64,000 bases of DNA from Octopus sinensis (GCF_006345805.1 NC_042997.1:79112001-79176000), one strand, 5' to 3'. Positions 24,980 to 37,948 are shown, counted from the first letter of the stretch. The notes: generated by a model from the letters alone, not told the origin. Translations and numbers: made by a program.

Positions 24980-27540
24980 GCATCTCATCTACACTGTAAA
25001 AAGTTACATGAACAAAAAATGATAAACCACCAGTATGTCCAAAACTCACAAGATGTGTATCATAGTATGAAAGGTGATACCATCAAGGTAGTAAATGCTC
25101 CTCTCTTGGAAGATCTAGAGTAATTCTGGTTGGGAATCTGGAATGTAAACAAAAAACACAATCACAATGCAGCATGGTTAAATGAACAACAAAGTGATTA
25201 TCATGCAAATGCCTCTCCTAAAATATATATCACCAGTGATTGTGAAACTGTTAAATGGAAAAATCACCTGGGAGGGACTTGATAGTAAATTACTAGTACA
25301 AACAGTTGACATTCTCATGACCTTGTTTAAAAAAATAATAGATGCTGAACTAGATATATCAAATTGGCTGATGGTTGCACAGACTATTCTTATTTACAAG
25401 AACAAAGAGGCCTATATAGCCAAAACCTATAGGCTCATAGTATGTTTGAATGTTATGTACAAACTGTATACAGGTTGTCTGAATATGTTTCTCAAAAGAC
25501 CACTTCCAAACAAATGGTGTGATAACTAATGGGCAGGCAGGAGGGGCTGTGTTGAATAGCTCCTTCTCAACAAAGTTATCCTTAAGGAAGCCAAGCAACA
25601 ATCTCTTAACAATATGGCAAGACTACAAGAGAGTATTCAACTCTGATCTTCATTCATGAATGATAGAATTATTACACCTTGCCAAAGTATCACTTGCTAT
25701 AGTGAATGCCATTGAGAGACTGACCACAACATAGTCCACAGATTTATCACTGGCAACTACTAAAACAACACCTATTGTTACAAACATAAACAAGCTATCA
25801 ACAGGCATATTTTAGGGTGATAGTTTATCTGTAATGTTGTTTGTATTGGCTGTGAAACACCTGACAACCCTTTTAACAAAATGCAAAGGTGACATACGGG
25901 GGGGGGGTATGCAGGAAAGAATAACATTAATGTCACCCACACATTTGTTGTTCATGATGTAAAGTTTTAGTCAGGTAACTTGATCAGCATCAAGGGATAA
26001 TTAGAACTAGACACTACATTCTCATGAGATATAGGAATGAAATTTGGGTAAGATAAATGCTCATACATGATAGTTAACAGAGGAAAGGTTGTTAACCAGG
26101 CAGAGAACATGGCTTGTCTATTTCCCCTATGTCTAATGACGAAAACTACAAGTATCTCAGAATCAGTGAGAATGTCAATACATTGGTGTTGTGATTAAAG
26201 CCAAAATAACAAAAGAGTACTTCTGTTGACTCCAGGGAATATGGAACTCAGAGCTGTCTATGTTTAACAAGACCACATCTCACAATGCTTTTGCAGTACT
26301 AGTGCTGGTACAAACATTTGGGATATTGGACAGGACACTTGACAAGACCCACAACCTGGACATCAAAACTAGAAATGCACTGACCACCACTGGCAATTTC
26401 CACATTAACAGTGACACAAATAGGATTTATATGAGATGAAGTGATGGTGGTAGAGGCATAAAGTCAATCTAAACAGCCTTTGAATGTCACATTGTATCAC
26501 CCAGGCAGCAGCTGCCGAACATATCCTGTAAGCTAGAGGATAATAACAACATTGACAGGAAAAGTAACCACCCCTGCCCTGTAAGAAAAAATATGTTGTA
26601 CTGTACAAGACAAAATGAAAAACTTCATAATGAGATAGACTCATGGGACAGAGTGATAAAAGTGAATATAACAGAATTTAGGGGATTGCCTGAGTACTTT
26701 CAGTGTATGATGGCAGACCCAGAGTATCTTTCGAGAGTAAAGAATTATGAGGAGGACTTTGAGTGGTGGGTCAAGAAAATAGACACCAGCACAATACCAG
26801 AATGGGTAAGCTATCTTGAACTTTTAAAGAAATTTAACATTCTTCAGAAAGATGGAAGTTAATGGTTACAAATAATTTTTTAAACTTTTACAAATAATGT
26901 TTTAAAAAGAAGTTGCATTAACAGGTTCAATGAAGTTGCTCTGATGTGGGGCTGAGCGGTTTCACTTCATTTTATCATTTTATCAAATTCAATCTTTCCA
27001 TCTGTTTTTTACTGTCTCCAACATGTGCTGTCCCCTGTGTTAGGCCCTGTGTGGCCAATTAAAGAAAGAGTTCATAGTTTGGTCTTTGAAGTCCAGGTAC
27101 AGTTTACAATTCGAGTTAGTGTGTTGGAAGTATTGATTTTTGGTTCATAAAAGATTGTTGGTTCATTATGTGTTTGTTACTGCTGCTGTTTCTATTTTGT
27201 ATTGTTATGACACTGTTACAGTGTATTCTTTATCTATTGTTGATAATATCAACCATACTATGATATTGGAGGCGTAAGGATATAACAGTTGTAGAGGTCA
27301 GCTATCCAGTGGATGTGAATGTATCATAAAAAGTCAAGGAAAAAGAAAATATTTATGGCGAATTAATGTGGAATTTACAGCTCTTGTATCCTGATTATAA
27401 ATTCTCATTTTGACTTATCATCATTGGTGCATTAGATATGTGCCTACAAATTTAGACAAAAATCTTTAGGTGAACAGATGCGCATACTTGGGTGTGTGCA
27501 TCAACAGCTCAGCCACATATTTACAAAGACCAGGAACTCT
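24980..27540 (+). mobile_element. R4/Dong-type non-LTR retrotransposon (RT plus restriction-like endonuclease), interrupted at ~26590-27230
   Basis: WLMVAQTILIYKNK...KTYRLIVCLNVMYKLYTG is an RT domain 0/1 motif of R4/Dong type; ITVVEVSYPVDVNV..KVKEKENIYGEL...LYPDYKF...IIIGAL at 27290-27450 is the RLE C-terminus. Confidence 0.75.
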
Positions 27541-28600
27541 CTTAACTCAAGAAGTCTTTACTGGCTTGAACTCTATGAATGCCAAATAAAATGGTTTATT
27601 CTTAGCTAAGTGCTTCTCTTGCAGTTGCCTGACTATGAAAATAGCATCAGTAGTGCTTCTTCCCCAGACAAAGCCAAACTGCTTTTCGTTTAGCCTCATT
27701 CTGCTCCTAATTAATTGGGCTATAACTCTTTCCATAATTTTCATCTCCTGGTTCAAAAGTTTGATGCCTCGATAATTGCTTCTATCTAACACATCACCCT
27801 TACCCTTATAGCAACTAACAGTAATGCTGCTGTGCCAGTCCTTTGGTATTACACCTTCCTGAATGACCTAATTAACTATGTGGGTGACTAGCCCATATCC
27901 TACCTTACCAGATATTTTGAACATCTCAGCCATGATTCTAGATAGACCAGGGACTTTCCTGGTTTTCATGCTTTTAATTGCCTTATCTACCATACTGCTC
28001 TCCACTAGTATAGCTGATCCATCTGTTCCATTTGTTCCATTCATTCTCCTCATTTAACAGTTTCACATAGTAACTTTTCCACACTTCTTTCTTGTTCACA
28101 TCACTAAGTGCAAGCATACCATTATCCATCTGTGCACACTTCTCTCCAACAATATCTCGATTCTCTCTGACACACTGTCTAGCAATCTGGAACACTTCAA
28201 GTCTCTGATCTTCACACTGTGGACTTTAGCAAACCTCTTCTTTTCTGCTTCTACCCTAGCTTGATAAACCTGATATCTGGCTTCCCTTTAAGCCTTCTGA
28301 CATGATTCCTTCCTAACCCCTCTTTTCCACTCTTTCCAGACTCATCTCTTCTCTTTTATGTCCCTGTTAATGTCATTGTTCCAGCACCACATCACACTTG
28401 GTCCGGCAGAGGCTTTGCACCAACCACAATTTTGGTCTGTTGCCCTAATATCTTCATTATTTTCAAAATTTTTTAAAACAAAGAGCCTTGAGCTTAAAAA
28501 ATCTGAAATCACAGGAGAAATTTTGAAAATATTCAGCGATTTCATAATCAATCCATGAAGAGCTGAGATTTCTGCGCTTATTATGGCAGTTCTCAAGGAT
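27540..28600 (-). mobile_element. RTE-clade LINE fragment (RT N-terminal half)
   Basis: LDRSNYRGIKLLNQEMKIMERVIAQLIRSR...QFGFVWGRSTTDAIFIVRQLQEKHL. Confidence 0.9.
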
Positions 28601-28779
28601 CATGTGATTAATTAGGAGCTGATCTTTGCATCCATATGAGCCTCATCTGCATCCTTTTTGTTCAGTGGGAAAGAGGTTATTCTCTTCCATAAACGTACAT
28701 GTTTTCTCCACTTATTATTATTATTATTATTATTATTATTGTTGTTGTTGTTATTATCATCATCATCATTATTATTATT

Positions 28780-28982
28780 AAGGTGGCAAGTTGGCAGAAT
28801 TGTTAGCACCCTGAGCAAAATGCTTAACGGGCATTTCATCTGACTTAATGCTCACAGTTCAAATTTCGTCAAGGTCGACTTTGCCTTTCATCCTTTCAGG
28901 GTCAATAACATAAATTCCTGTTGGACACTAAGGTCGATATAATTGACTCACTACTTTGCCTGAAATTCCATAGTTCGAAACC
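28780..28982 (+). mobile_element. SINE family A copy next to an (ATT)n tract
   Basis: GGCAGAATTGTTAGCAC...GGTCGACTTTGCCTTTCATCCTTTCAGGGTCAATAAC. Confidence 0.75.
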
Positions 28983-29039
28983 ATTATTATCATTATTATT
29001 ATTGAATGGACCAATTTTGAGGTTACACCTGTAAAAAAA

Positions 29040-29297
29040 AAAGAAAAGGTAATATGAAAGGAGAAAGGGCTCTCTACCCCCTTTTGAGCAGGCTCCCGTG
29101 GCTTTTATGGGTTTTTCCACATGTAACCTTTCAAAGCGCCTCCCCCTATTGGGAGTTTTATTTGTTATATTTTTCGCTGTTATTAATGTTTACATGGACC
29201 TTTCTTTTTGGACAAAACCCTTTGTACTTTTCGTCCTGTCTTTGTCCTTACATGGTTTTGATTTATGTTAGCCCTTGTAGCCAATAAACCAGAATTA

Positions 29298-29345
<48 letters not shown>
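29040..29345 (+). mobile_element. Probable 3' end of a LINE (L1/Tx1-like) with (ATT)n tail
   Basis: T-rich UTR-like stretch ending GTTAGCCCTTGTAGCCAATAAA then (ATT)n; similar end at ~27030-27065. No coding motif is recognisable. Confidence 0.35.
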
Positions 29346-29598
29346 TACTTTTAATTTGCCTGTTTGTTACAATCACTTGCCGAGACACACCCAGCTTCCT
29401 AGAGCAAGTGATAAGAAATGTTATAGTATGACTGAAAGCTTGGGGAGGGGAAGTGGCAGGAGCAATAGTGAAATATCTTCATGTAATACAACATAGACAT
29501 TTAAATTGAGGGTGTTTTTCTTGGGATGTGGGAAGTACTTGTCAACACAATCTTTTGGATTGCTCTGAGACATGGTTCTACTGGGATATTATCTAGAT

Positions 29599-29976
29599 CA
29601 GTATTTCTCAAACTTTTTACCCTTGCAAAACCCTTAAAATAAATTACATGTCTCAAGGAACCCCTGCACAAAAAAAATATGTACCATAACTTTCTCATAT
29701 TTTTTTCATTGTAGTTCATATGGTAAATATGATATATATATATATAGGGTGTCCATAAATTACAGACATCACTAAATATATTCCTAATGGTTGATATGTT
29801 GTTTTGATAACATAATAAGTTAGATAGGATGATGTCTATATTATAATATTATAATAACCAATAATATGTTGTGCATGTATAGTAATATTACAATCATGAA
29901 ATTAACACTAGCTTATCTCACCCTTTCTCATGGAACTGCTAGGAACCTTTTGCAGAACCCCAATTGAGAAATGTTG
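29599..29976. mobile_element. hAT-Charlie-type MITE with perfect 8-bp TSD
   Basis: TIRs CAGTATTTCTCAA / TTGAGAAATGTTG; TSD ATCTAGAT at 29591-29598 and 29977-29984; possible nested Tc1/mariner-type end (TAGGGTGTCCATAAA) near 29745. Confidence 0.85.
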
Positions 29977-29989
29977 ATCTAGATGTTTC

Positions 29990-30990
29990 TCACATCACTT
30001 TCTTACCATAACTAGGGCACCCACAATAACAGGGGTAGTTCTTGTTTTAAGATGACACATCTTTTGTATTTCCATTTTCAAGTCCTTATATTTACTTAAG
30101 TTGTCAAATTCCTTTACAGATATATTTTTATCAGTGGGAACAATTACATCTATTAGTCTACAAGTATTTTCTTCCCGTCCTTAATGACTATATCTGGTTG
30201 ATTTTCCTGGATCGTTCTGTCGGTGTTATCACTATCCCAGAAGATAGTGACATTTTTATCTTCAATGACTGGCTCAGGATGAAGTTCATACCAGTAAGCA
30301 GGAGTGCTGATTTTGTAGTGTTAACATATTTTCTAATGTAAATACTGTCCTACCCTGTTGTGGGGATTTTTGTGTTTGTTAGTGTCAGCACAGGACATTT
30401 GTTTCATCAAATATATTGCAGAATCTGGATTTAGTATCAGAACCATTTTAAAGCCTGGTTGTTTTTGAAAAGTAAGCTTTGATCTTGTGGTGCTAATATG
30501 AAACCTTCAGTTTCTGCTTTCAGTCCTGAGCTTCTCAACCATTGCTCCTTGGTCTATATCAGCTTTTCAGCTCCGAAGTATATACTGTCCATGCAGAGGC
30601 TTCTGGCTCCACCACTCTTCAATTTGTTTCTGCCATTCTGTTTTGCAGTCTATTTGATCTGTTTTGCTTGTTTGGTGTCAGTGGTTTCAGGTTCTTCATC
30701 TAATTCGGGGTTAATGCCAAGTTCTCTTGTGAATTTGCAAGCTTCCTTGACAATAGAATGTGATTTTCTGCTGCTTTCGTGTTTGCACACAAGCCGCAGC
30801 ATCCAATTCTCTGTACTAGATAAGTACTTGTACATTGCTATTATGTAGGTCTTATAGCACAGTTCTACCTGCATCATTCCTCTCCCTCCATTACTTCTAG
30901 GTAGGTATAAACAATCAATGTCTGCTTTTGGGTGGTGCATGTTCTTAGATATTAGTAGATTTCTTGTCTTCCTATTCAGGTTTTGGTGCT
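29990..30990 (-). mobile_element. R4/Dong-type non-LTR retrotransposon, 3' part
   Basis: MHHPKADIDCLYLPRSNGGRG (RT thumb) and IFWDS..TDRTIQENQPDIVIKD ... KYKDLKMEIQKMCHL...PVIVGAL (RLE domain). Confidence 0.85.
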
Positions 30991-30999
30991 CTGTAAGAT

Positions 31000-33190
31000 C
31001 ATCATCATCATCGTCGTTTAACGTCCACTTTCCATGCTGGCATGGGTTGGACGGTTTGACTGTGGGCTGGTGAACCAGATGGCTGCACCAGGCTCCAGTC
31101 TTGATCTGGCAGAGTTTCTACAGCTGGATGCCCTTCCTAACACCAACCACTCCGAGAGTGTAGTGGGTGCTTTTATGTGCCACCGGCACAGTGATCAGTC
31201 AGGCAGTACTGGCAACAGCCACACTCAAATTTTTTCCACATGCCAACGGCACAGGTGCCAGTAAGGCGATGCTGGTAATGATCACACTCTTAGCACCCTA
31301 CCAGCACGGAGCACAAGTGCCAGTAAGGTGAAGCTGGTAATGATCACACTCGACTGGTGCCTTTTATGTGCCACTGGCATGGAAGCCAGTTAGCCGCTCT
31401 GTCAATGATCAAGCTCGTATGGTGCTCGTGCCCGTCATCAAATTTCACTTTGACTTTGATTTTGATTTCACTTGCCTCAACAGGTCTTCGCAAGCAGAGT
31501 TTAGTGTCCAAAGAAGGAAAAGGTATGCACAAGAGGGCTGGTTACGCCCCTGGCACAGGCCACGAGGTTATGGTCTCATTTGGGTTGCTGGGTCTTCTCA
31601 AGCACAGCATATTTCCAATGGTCTCGGTCACTAGTCATTTCCTTGGTGAAGCCTAAAGTTCGAAGGTCGTACTTCACCACTTCATCCCAGGTCTTCCTGG
31701 GTCTACCTCTTCCACAGGTTCCCTCAACTGCTAGGGTGTGGCACTTTTTCACACAGCTATCCTCATCCATTCTCACTACATGACCATACCAGCGCAGTCG
31801 TCTCTCTTGCACACCACATCTGATGCTTCTTAGGTCCAACTTTTCTCTCAAGGTACTTACACTCTGTCAAGTATGCACACTGACATTACACATCCATCGG
31901 ATCATACTGGCTTCATTCCTTGTGAGCTTACACATGTCCTCAGCAGTCACAGCCCATATTTCACTGCCATGTAGCATGGCTGTTCATACACATGCATCAT
32001 ACAGTCTACCTTTTACTCTGAGCGAGAGACCCTTTGTCACCAGCAGAGGTAAGAGCTCTCTGAACTTAGCCCAAGCTATTCTTATTCTAGCAGCTACACT
32101 TTCAGAGCACCCACCTCCGCTACTGACTTGGTCACCTAGGTAACGGAAGCTATCAACTACTTCTAGTTTTTCTCCCTGGAATGTGGCGGAAGTTGTTCTA
32201 ATTGATTCTAATCCTTGTTTCTACACTTGAAACTTCTCCTCTAGTTCTGATAGTGACTTAGCAATTAGAGCAAGGTCATCAGCATAGAGGAGCTCCCAGG
32301 GGCTTCCTGTCTTGAATTCCTGCATTATTGCCTGGAGGACTATGATAAATAAGAGGGGGCTGAGGACTGAACCTTGGTGTACCCCTACGTCTACCCTGAA
32401 TTCTTCAGTGTACTCATTGCCAACCCTCACCTTACTTACAGCGTCCCTGTACATGGCTTGCACAGCTCTCACTAACCATTCATCTATCCCTAGTTTCCTC
32501 ATTAACCACCAGATAAGGGATTGGGGGACCCTGTCAAAGGCTTTCTCCATGTCAACAAAAGCGAGGTACAGAGGCTTATCTTTGGCTAGGTATTCCTCCT
32601 GCAGCTGTCTTACCAGAAATATAGCATCAGTGGTGCTTTTCCCTGGCACGAAACCAAACTGCATCTCATCCAAACTGACTCTCTCCCTAATCAGTTCGGC
32701 TATGACCCTCTCTGTAACCTTCATTACCTGATCCAACAGCTTGATACCTCTGTAATTATTTGTATCTAAAGCGTCACCTTTACCTTTGTAGCAGTTGACT
32801 ATCATGCTGCTACACCAATATGACTCCTTCATGTATCACCTGGTTAATTATACGGGTGACTAGGCTATAGCCAACACTGCCAGATATTTTGAGCATCTCT
32901 GCAGTAATTCCTGATGGGCCTGGGGCTTTCCCTGTCTTCATACTTCTAATTGCCTTATCTACCAAGGTACTGTCAACTCGGATAGCTGGTCCCTCTGTTG
33001 GGTTGACATTTGGCAGACTCTCTTTCTCCCATTCATTTCCTTATTCAGCAACCTTTTATAGTGGCATCTCCAAACCTCTCTCTTTGCAGCCCCATTTAGC
33101 ACAAGAAAACTATCATCCATGTGGACACATTTCTCTCCTACAGCATCTCGATTCTCTCTCACACATTGTCTTGCAGCACGAAATACCTCC
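31000..33190 (-). mobile_element. 5'-truncated RTE-clade LINE with modular 3' UTR and (GAT)n tail
   Basis: RT ORF 32221-32832 (NYRGIKLLDQVMK...FVDMEKAFDRVP...GVHQGSVLSPLLF...LYADDL); C-terminus GRGRPRKTW; tail AAACGACGATGATGATGAT. Confidence 0.95.
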
Positions 33191-33372
33191 TCAGTTAATA
33201 ATGTTAAAACTGGGTTATTGAAGTGCTAGGGTGTTAATGGATTTTAGAGTTGAATTCAGTTTTTAATATGAGTCTTACTCTCCTGTAATACTCCTTTCTT
33301 ATTTTTCCTTCATAGTAGCATATGGTATACCATTTCCTTCATTTATCTCCAGGTACTTATAGCTTTCTTTTG

Positions 33373-33409
<37 letters not shown>

Positions 33410-33479
33410 CATTATTATTATTATTATTTAAATTTAATGTATCAGTAAATTTTAGACAACTGATATTCAAAACAAATGT

Positions 33480-34750
33480 CTACCTCTAAAAAGAGAATGT
33501 AAACTCAATCGATATACTGAACAAATGGTATTCTGTTGTAAATAACATGATGTGTATTGAGATTTTTCTTGTATATCTGGAGATTTTGCTTGATTGTTCT
33601 CTCTCCCCATCCACACTTACATCCACACAGAAAGAAATTTTTGAAGAAAGATTTATTAGGAGTATATTATGTAATAAAATACTGTCTTTCATTTTTAAAT
33701 ATATCTTGCTTTCAATTCAGAGATATTCAGATTGGAAAAAAAATTTTTCTCATTAAGTTGAAACCTAACCAAGACGTGTGTAAAATAAATTGAAGTGATA
33801 CTTTAGAACTAGATAAACATAACTTGTAAACATAAAATCAAGTATCATTTTCCAAATCTGAAGTCTTTTCTAATACTTCATCATATTTTAAAATATTCTG
33901 GCTATCCATAAGTCAGCTTCTTTCTGTCATGAAAGAAGTATTGTTTGAAAATCATTCATGTCTTTCTAGAACAATTTTCCTATTTTCCTATTTGAGATCA
34001 TTAAGCCTCTAATGTCTTATAATAAAATAAAATAAACAAGTATAAAAAAAATGAACAACTTATTACTATATTCAGCTTCAGCTCACAGAAATCAAACTGC
34101 ATTTTACTATCTGGTGATGCAAAAAAATAATGACACTGCTGCAGATGTAACTAACATTAAGAAAATAACATTTAAGAAAAGTTTGCTATGTGCAGAATCA
34201 ATAGTCTTCTCCAGTCCAGCCTTTTCTGATTAGTTATCTGACTTTTCAGTTTTGACTTTTATGTCTAGCCACTCTACAACACATGACACCGTTTTAAATT
34301 ATCTTATGAGAAGGAAGCTTTGTTAGCTTGCAGTTTTATATTAATGGCATAATTTCCTTTGCAGAAATACTTACTTACTGCCATATCCTGTAGACATCGC
34401 AGTAAATTTGACATTGCTTTATTGTTCAGCAGTTTCAGGAACAAATATAGAAGAGCTTTCTATTTCCTTCCTCTATAACAGTTCTTCATCACTGCTATTT
34501 ATATATTCCATTTCTGACTTTTGGTTACGATAACTAAAATGTGCAGTTTTAAACACAGAGGCTTAAGAAAACTGCACAAATTGTGAACCACAAAGCCAGT
34601 CCCCAAACCCATCAATATATTGCCTTATAAACATATATAAAAATTAAGGCAGAATACAGTACTTGGTATTTACTCTGACTTGTTTGGCTTTGTTTCTGAA
34701 TTATAAATCATGCCAAAATCTGCTTAGCTTGTTGTTGCTCTGCCATTGAT
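33480..34750 (-). mobile_element. Very degenerate hAT transposase remnant
   Basis: Scattered minus-strand peptides DGFGDW, EQ..MSNLLRCL and CVDVSVDGER...LFSISIE, in the order expected for a hAT transposase. Confidence 0.35.
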
Positions 34751-34989
34751 TTGACATAAATAATTCTCTTAAGGTGGTAAAATTTAGAATAGGAATAAAA
34801 CACAACAATAATTTTGGATAGTAGCCAGTGAATGAATAGCTCTTCAGATAACTTTTGTTGTGAGCACTGCTTGTTCTTTGTTAAATATATTGGAATTTCA
34901 AATGAACTCAGATGTTTCTCTTACACTAGACCATGTCATATTATCTTTATCATTCTTTCATTACAACTCCTCACAACAGACATTTTTTT

Positions 34990-36050
34990 CAACCAGCCTT
35001 CATTTTCCCTTTACATTACACATCCTTGGTAGTACAGCTGTCTTTCTTGCATACTTTAGTAGATGCCTTTAATGCCTTATTGCTCTCTCAGCTCCTTTTT
35101 ATGTAAATTAACATGACATATTCATTGAATCAAACTCATTTTATTACTCCACAACCTCTGCATTCAACATCTACATTTCAATACTAAAGTACCTCACACT
35201 TCAACAACAAATTTCATATAATTTGTCTTTTACTTGGAGAGAGAGACTCTTTGTTGCCAAAAGAGATAGTCATTTCCTTAAGCTATTCCAGCCTTTCATA
35301 TACTAGATATTTTACTTTCACCACAGCTATTCCAGTGCTCAGTTAGTAACAGGAAACTTATTCTACATCTAGCAGCTCATTTAACTATTTCAGTTCTCCC
35401 TCATGCTGATCTATTGCATACAGAATACACAGTATGAAGGTCTTACTTATTCATCAAGAAAGTTTGCTTCTCAGATGGCTCTAGGATTTTGTTTATTTTG
35501 TTATTAGTTAGCATTCTGGTTCAAGGAACATGTTGAATTTAGGGCTTCAGGATCTAAAACATTTTAGGTTTAGAACTTTTTGCAACTCTTGGACTAACTT
35601 TGCTAGGAGAACCAAGTCTTTTTTTTTTGAAGATTCTCAAAAGTTATCTATTTCTGAAATATATTATTGTCTTGGTAAATAAGTATGAAGAGGCTTAGGA
35701 GAGCAGAGTAGTGATCATCTACCTTCTTAAAGATGCTACTAATTTTAATGTTGCTCATAATACCTTTGTAAATGATTTGTTCAAGCCAGTTGTTGGCATA
35801 GAACTTAGATTGTGCTCATATAGTGTATGCAACTCCAACAAGGACTTCAAATCAACAAATATGAAGGGGAGTAATTGTATCAACTGAAATATGTCATATA
35901 CAGTTCTGGCAGAAAAACCAAAATTGCATCTTGTTGTTGCTAAATCTATCCTGAAGTAACTTTGCTAAGATGCTCTCTGTTACTTTCAATAACTGGCTGA
36001 TGACATTTGAGATCTTTGTATTAGACCCTCTCTAGTTCACATTCCTTCTC
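34990..36050 (-). mobile_element. Degenerate RTE-clade LINE fragment
   Basis: Nucleotide similarity to other RTE copies (GAGAGAGACTCTTTGTTGCCAAAAGAG, GCTATTCCAGCC). Confidence 0.5.
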
Positions 36051-36082
36051 TTTTTTGGCAATTGATGCTACTGTATCAGTTA

Positions 36083-36447
36083 TCTCTCTATATATAAACG
36101 GCAAAATGTCTGTGTGCATGTCCTTTATACAAATCCACAATTTTTCAGTTAGAGGGCTTGCACTTTCTATGGTCATTCAAAACCGTCCAAGGGTGGTCGT
36201 GCACATCTTTACATTTCTCCAATCACTCCACAAAGCCATTAAAAAAATAAAAAGAAGTGACTTTTTTGAGAATTTTCTATCCAAAACCCAATCAAAATGC
36301 CTGAAACTTGATACGCCAACTGAATGTCAGCTAGCTGTATGTGATTGGTCAGAGATTTGGCCAGTACTCGCGTGTATGTGCACACGCATGCAGCTGTATC
36401 TGCATGCACTAGCACTTTGACCCAACGTTGCCAGGTCATAGTGCTAG
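36083..36447 (+). mobile_element. Non-autonomous Helitron
   Basis: 5' A|TCTCTCTATATATAAA and 3' CTAG|T (AT target, no TSD); subterminal hairpin GACCCAACGTTGCCAGGTC at 36419-36437. Confidence 0.8.
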
Positions 36448-37184
36448 TTGGAGATAAAAATCTTCCTGTAGAACATTATTGACCAGCACCACTGAGGAAA
36501 AATAAGCCTTTGGTTCTCTGTGTGAAATACCAGCTAAATTTCCTTCAAATAGCCTTCTACTTTAAGACTTTGGATATCTATGTATGGAAAAAAAGACCAG
36601 ATTGTCACATCTGGCAGCCTTTGATAATAGATCTGTTCGATTAGGGTGCCCTGCAGATAAGCAGCAACAAGAAGCTTATTAACTTTATGGGAATAGAAGG
36701 ATGTTATATAATTTTAAATTATAAAATATAAAGTATTGGAATAAACTGTAAAATACCAAACTGAATGTCTTTCAGTATTTAGCTCCATTCTTTTATTTAC
36801 TGAGCTCATACTTTGCCACAACTGGTTTTGTTTTCATTAGTCTAAGGTCAGATAAAATAAGTACCATGTTGATGATAATCTTCATCATTTTATGTCTGCA
36901 TTTCATGTTGGTAAAGTTTTGGTAGGTCATTATGGTCTAAATTAGTTTTTACTGACCTCCTAGATGGGTTGGAGACCATGCATCACCAGTACATTCCTTT
37001 TATGGCATGTTTTCTATGACTGGATGCTCTTCCTTTTACAAAACGTACTGAGTACATTTTATCAAGGTAACCACACTTAAGAGATTGTCTCATCCCCAGC
37101 AAGACTAATGAATCTTCTCAACATTATATATTTTATCTCCATCCATATGCAGTGGGCACTTGTCAGTTTTAGTGTTAATTATGT

Positions 37185-37372
37185 TCAAGTTTACAAAATG
37201 CCTCAACACAGTTGTTCTAGCTTTACCTTCAGAGTTCAAATTCTGCCAAGGTTGACTTATCTTTTTATTCTTTTGGAGGTTGATAAAATAAGAACCACCT
37301 AAGCACTGGGGTAAATGTATTTGACTAGACCCATCTCCCTAAATTTCAAGCCTTGTGCCTAAAGCAGAAAGA
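37185..37372 (+). mobile_element. SINE family A copy
   Basis: TTCAGAGTTCAAATTCTGCCAAGGTTGAC...GGAGGTTGATAAAATAAG...GCCTTGTGCCTAAAG. Confidence 0.7.
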
Positions 37373-37919
37373 AATTAAGTTTTAAGTTGGTTGCTTACCT
37401 TCAGGTAATTTCTGGTTAAGCAGAGTAATGAGCAATAGTTATTCTAAACAGACCTTCCCATCCGTTTTTGATTTTTGAAATATAGTATATCTAAGATCCC
37501 TTTATCTAATATGACACTTTGTAAGAATGGTATGATGTCATTCAGGGTGCATTTGGTAGCTATTTCCAGCAGGTCAAGCAATAATGAAGAGACTAAATCC
37601 ACTCTTTATGTTCTGGGTATAACAATTGCTGTTATATTTATGGTACTAATATTATAGATAAAATAATTATCATTATAATTCAACAATGAGATTTCCTTTT
37701 AAACAGAGAATATAAAAGCTTTTTGGCCCAACATCAAAATCAAATGAACATAAAGGTCAAAGAAGAAAGAAAATATAAACAATAAAGGGATAATGGAACA
37801 TATTTATTGTACTTAACATTTAAAGTATTCACATAATTGTCTCATAGATATTATTATGCATACAGCGCAATATAAAACATAAATAAAAAGTAGGTGAATT
37901 TACATATGTGTACTGAGAT

Positions 37920-37948
37920 ATGTATATGTGTATAGATATGTATATATG

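Noticed and set aside
37475-37657. 60-aa ORF with a TM-like C-terminus
   Set aside because: It overlaps a dispersed repeat also seen near 4860 and 47560; the hydrophobicity reflects T-richness.
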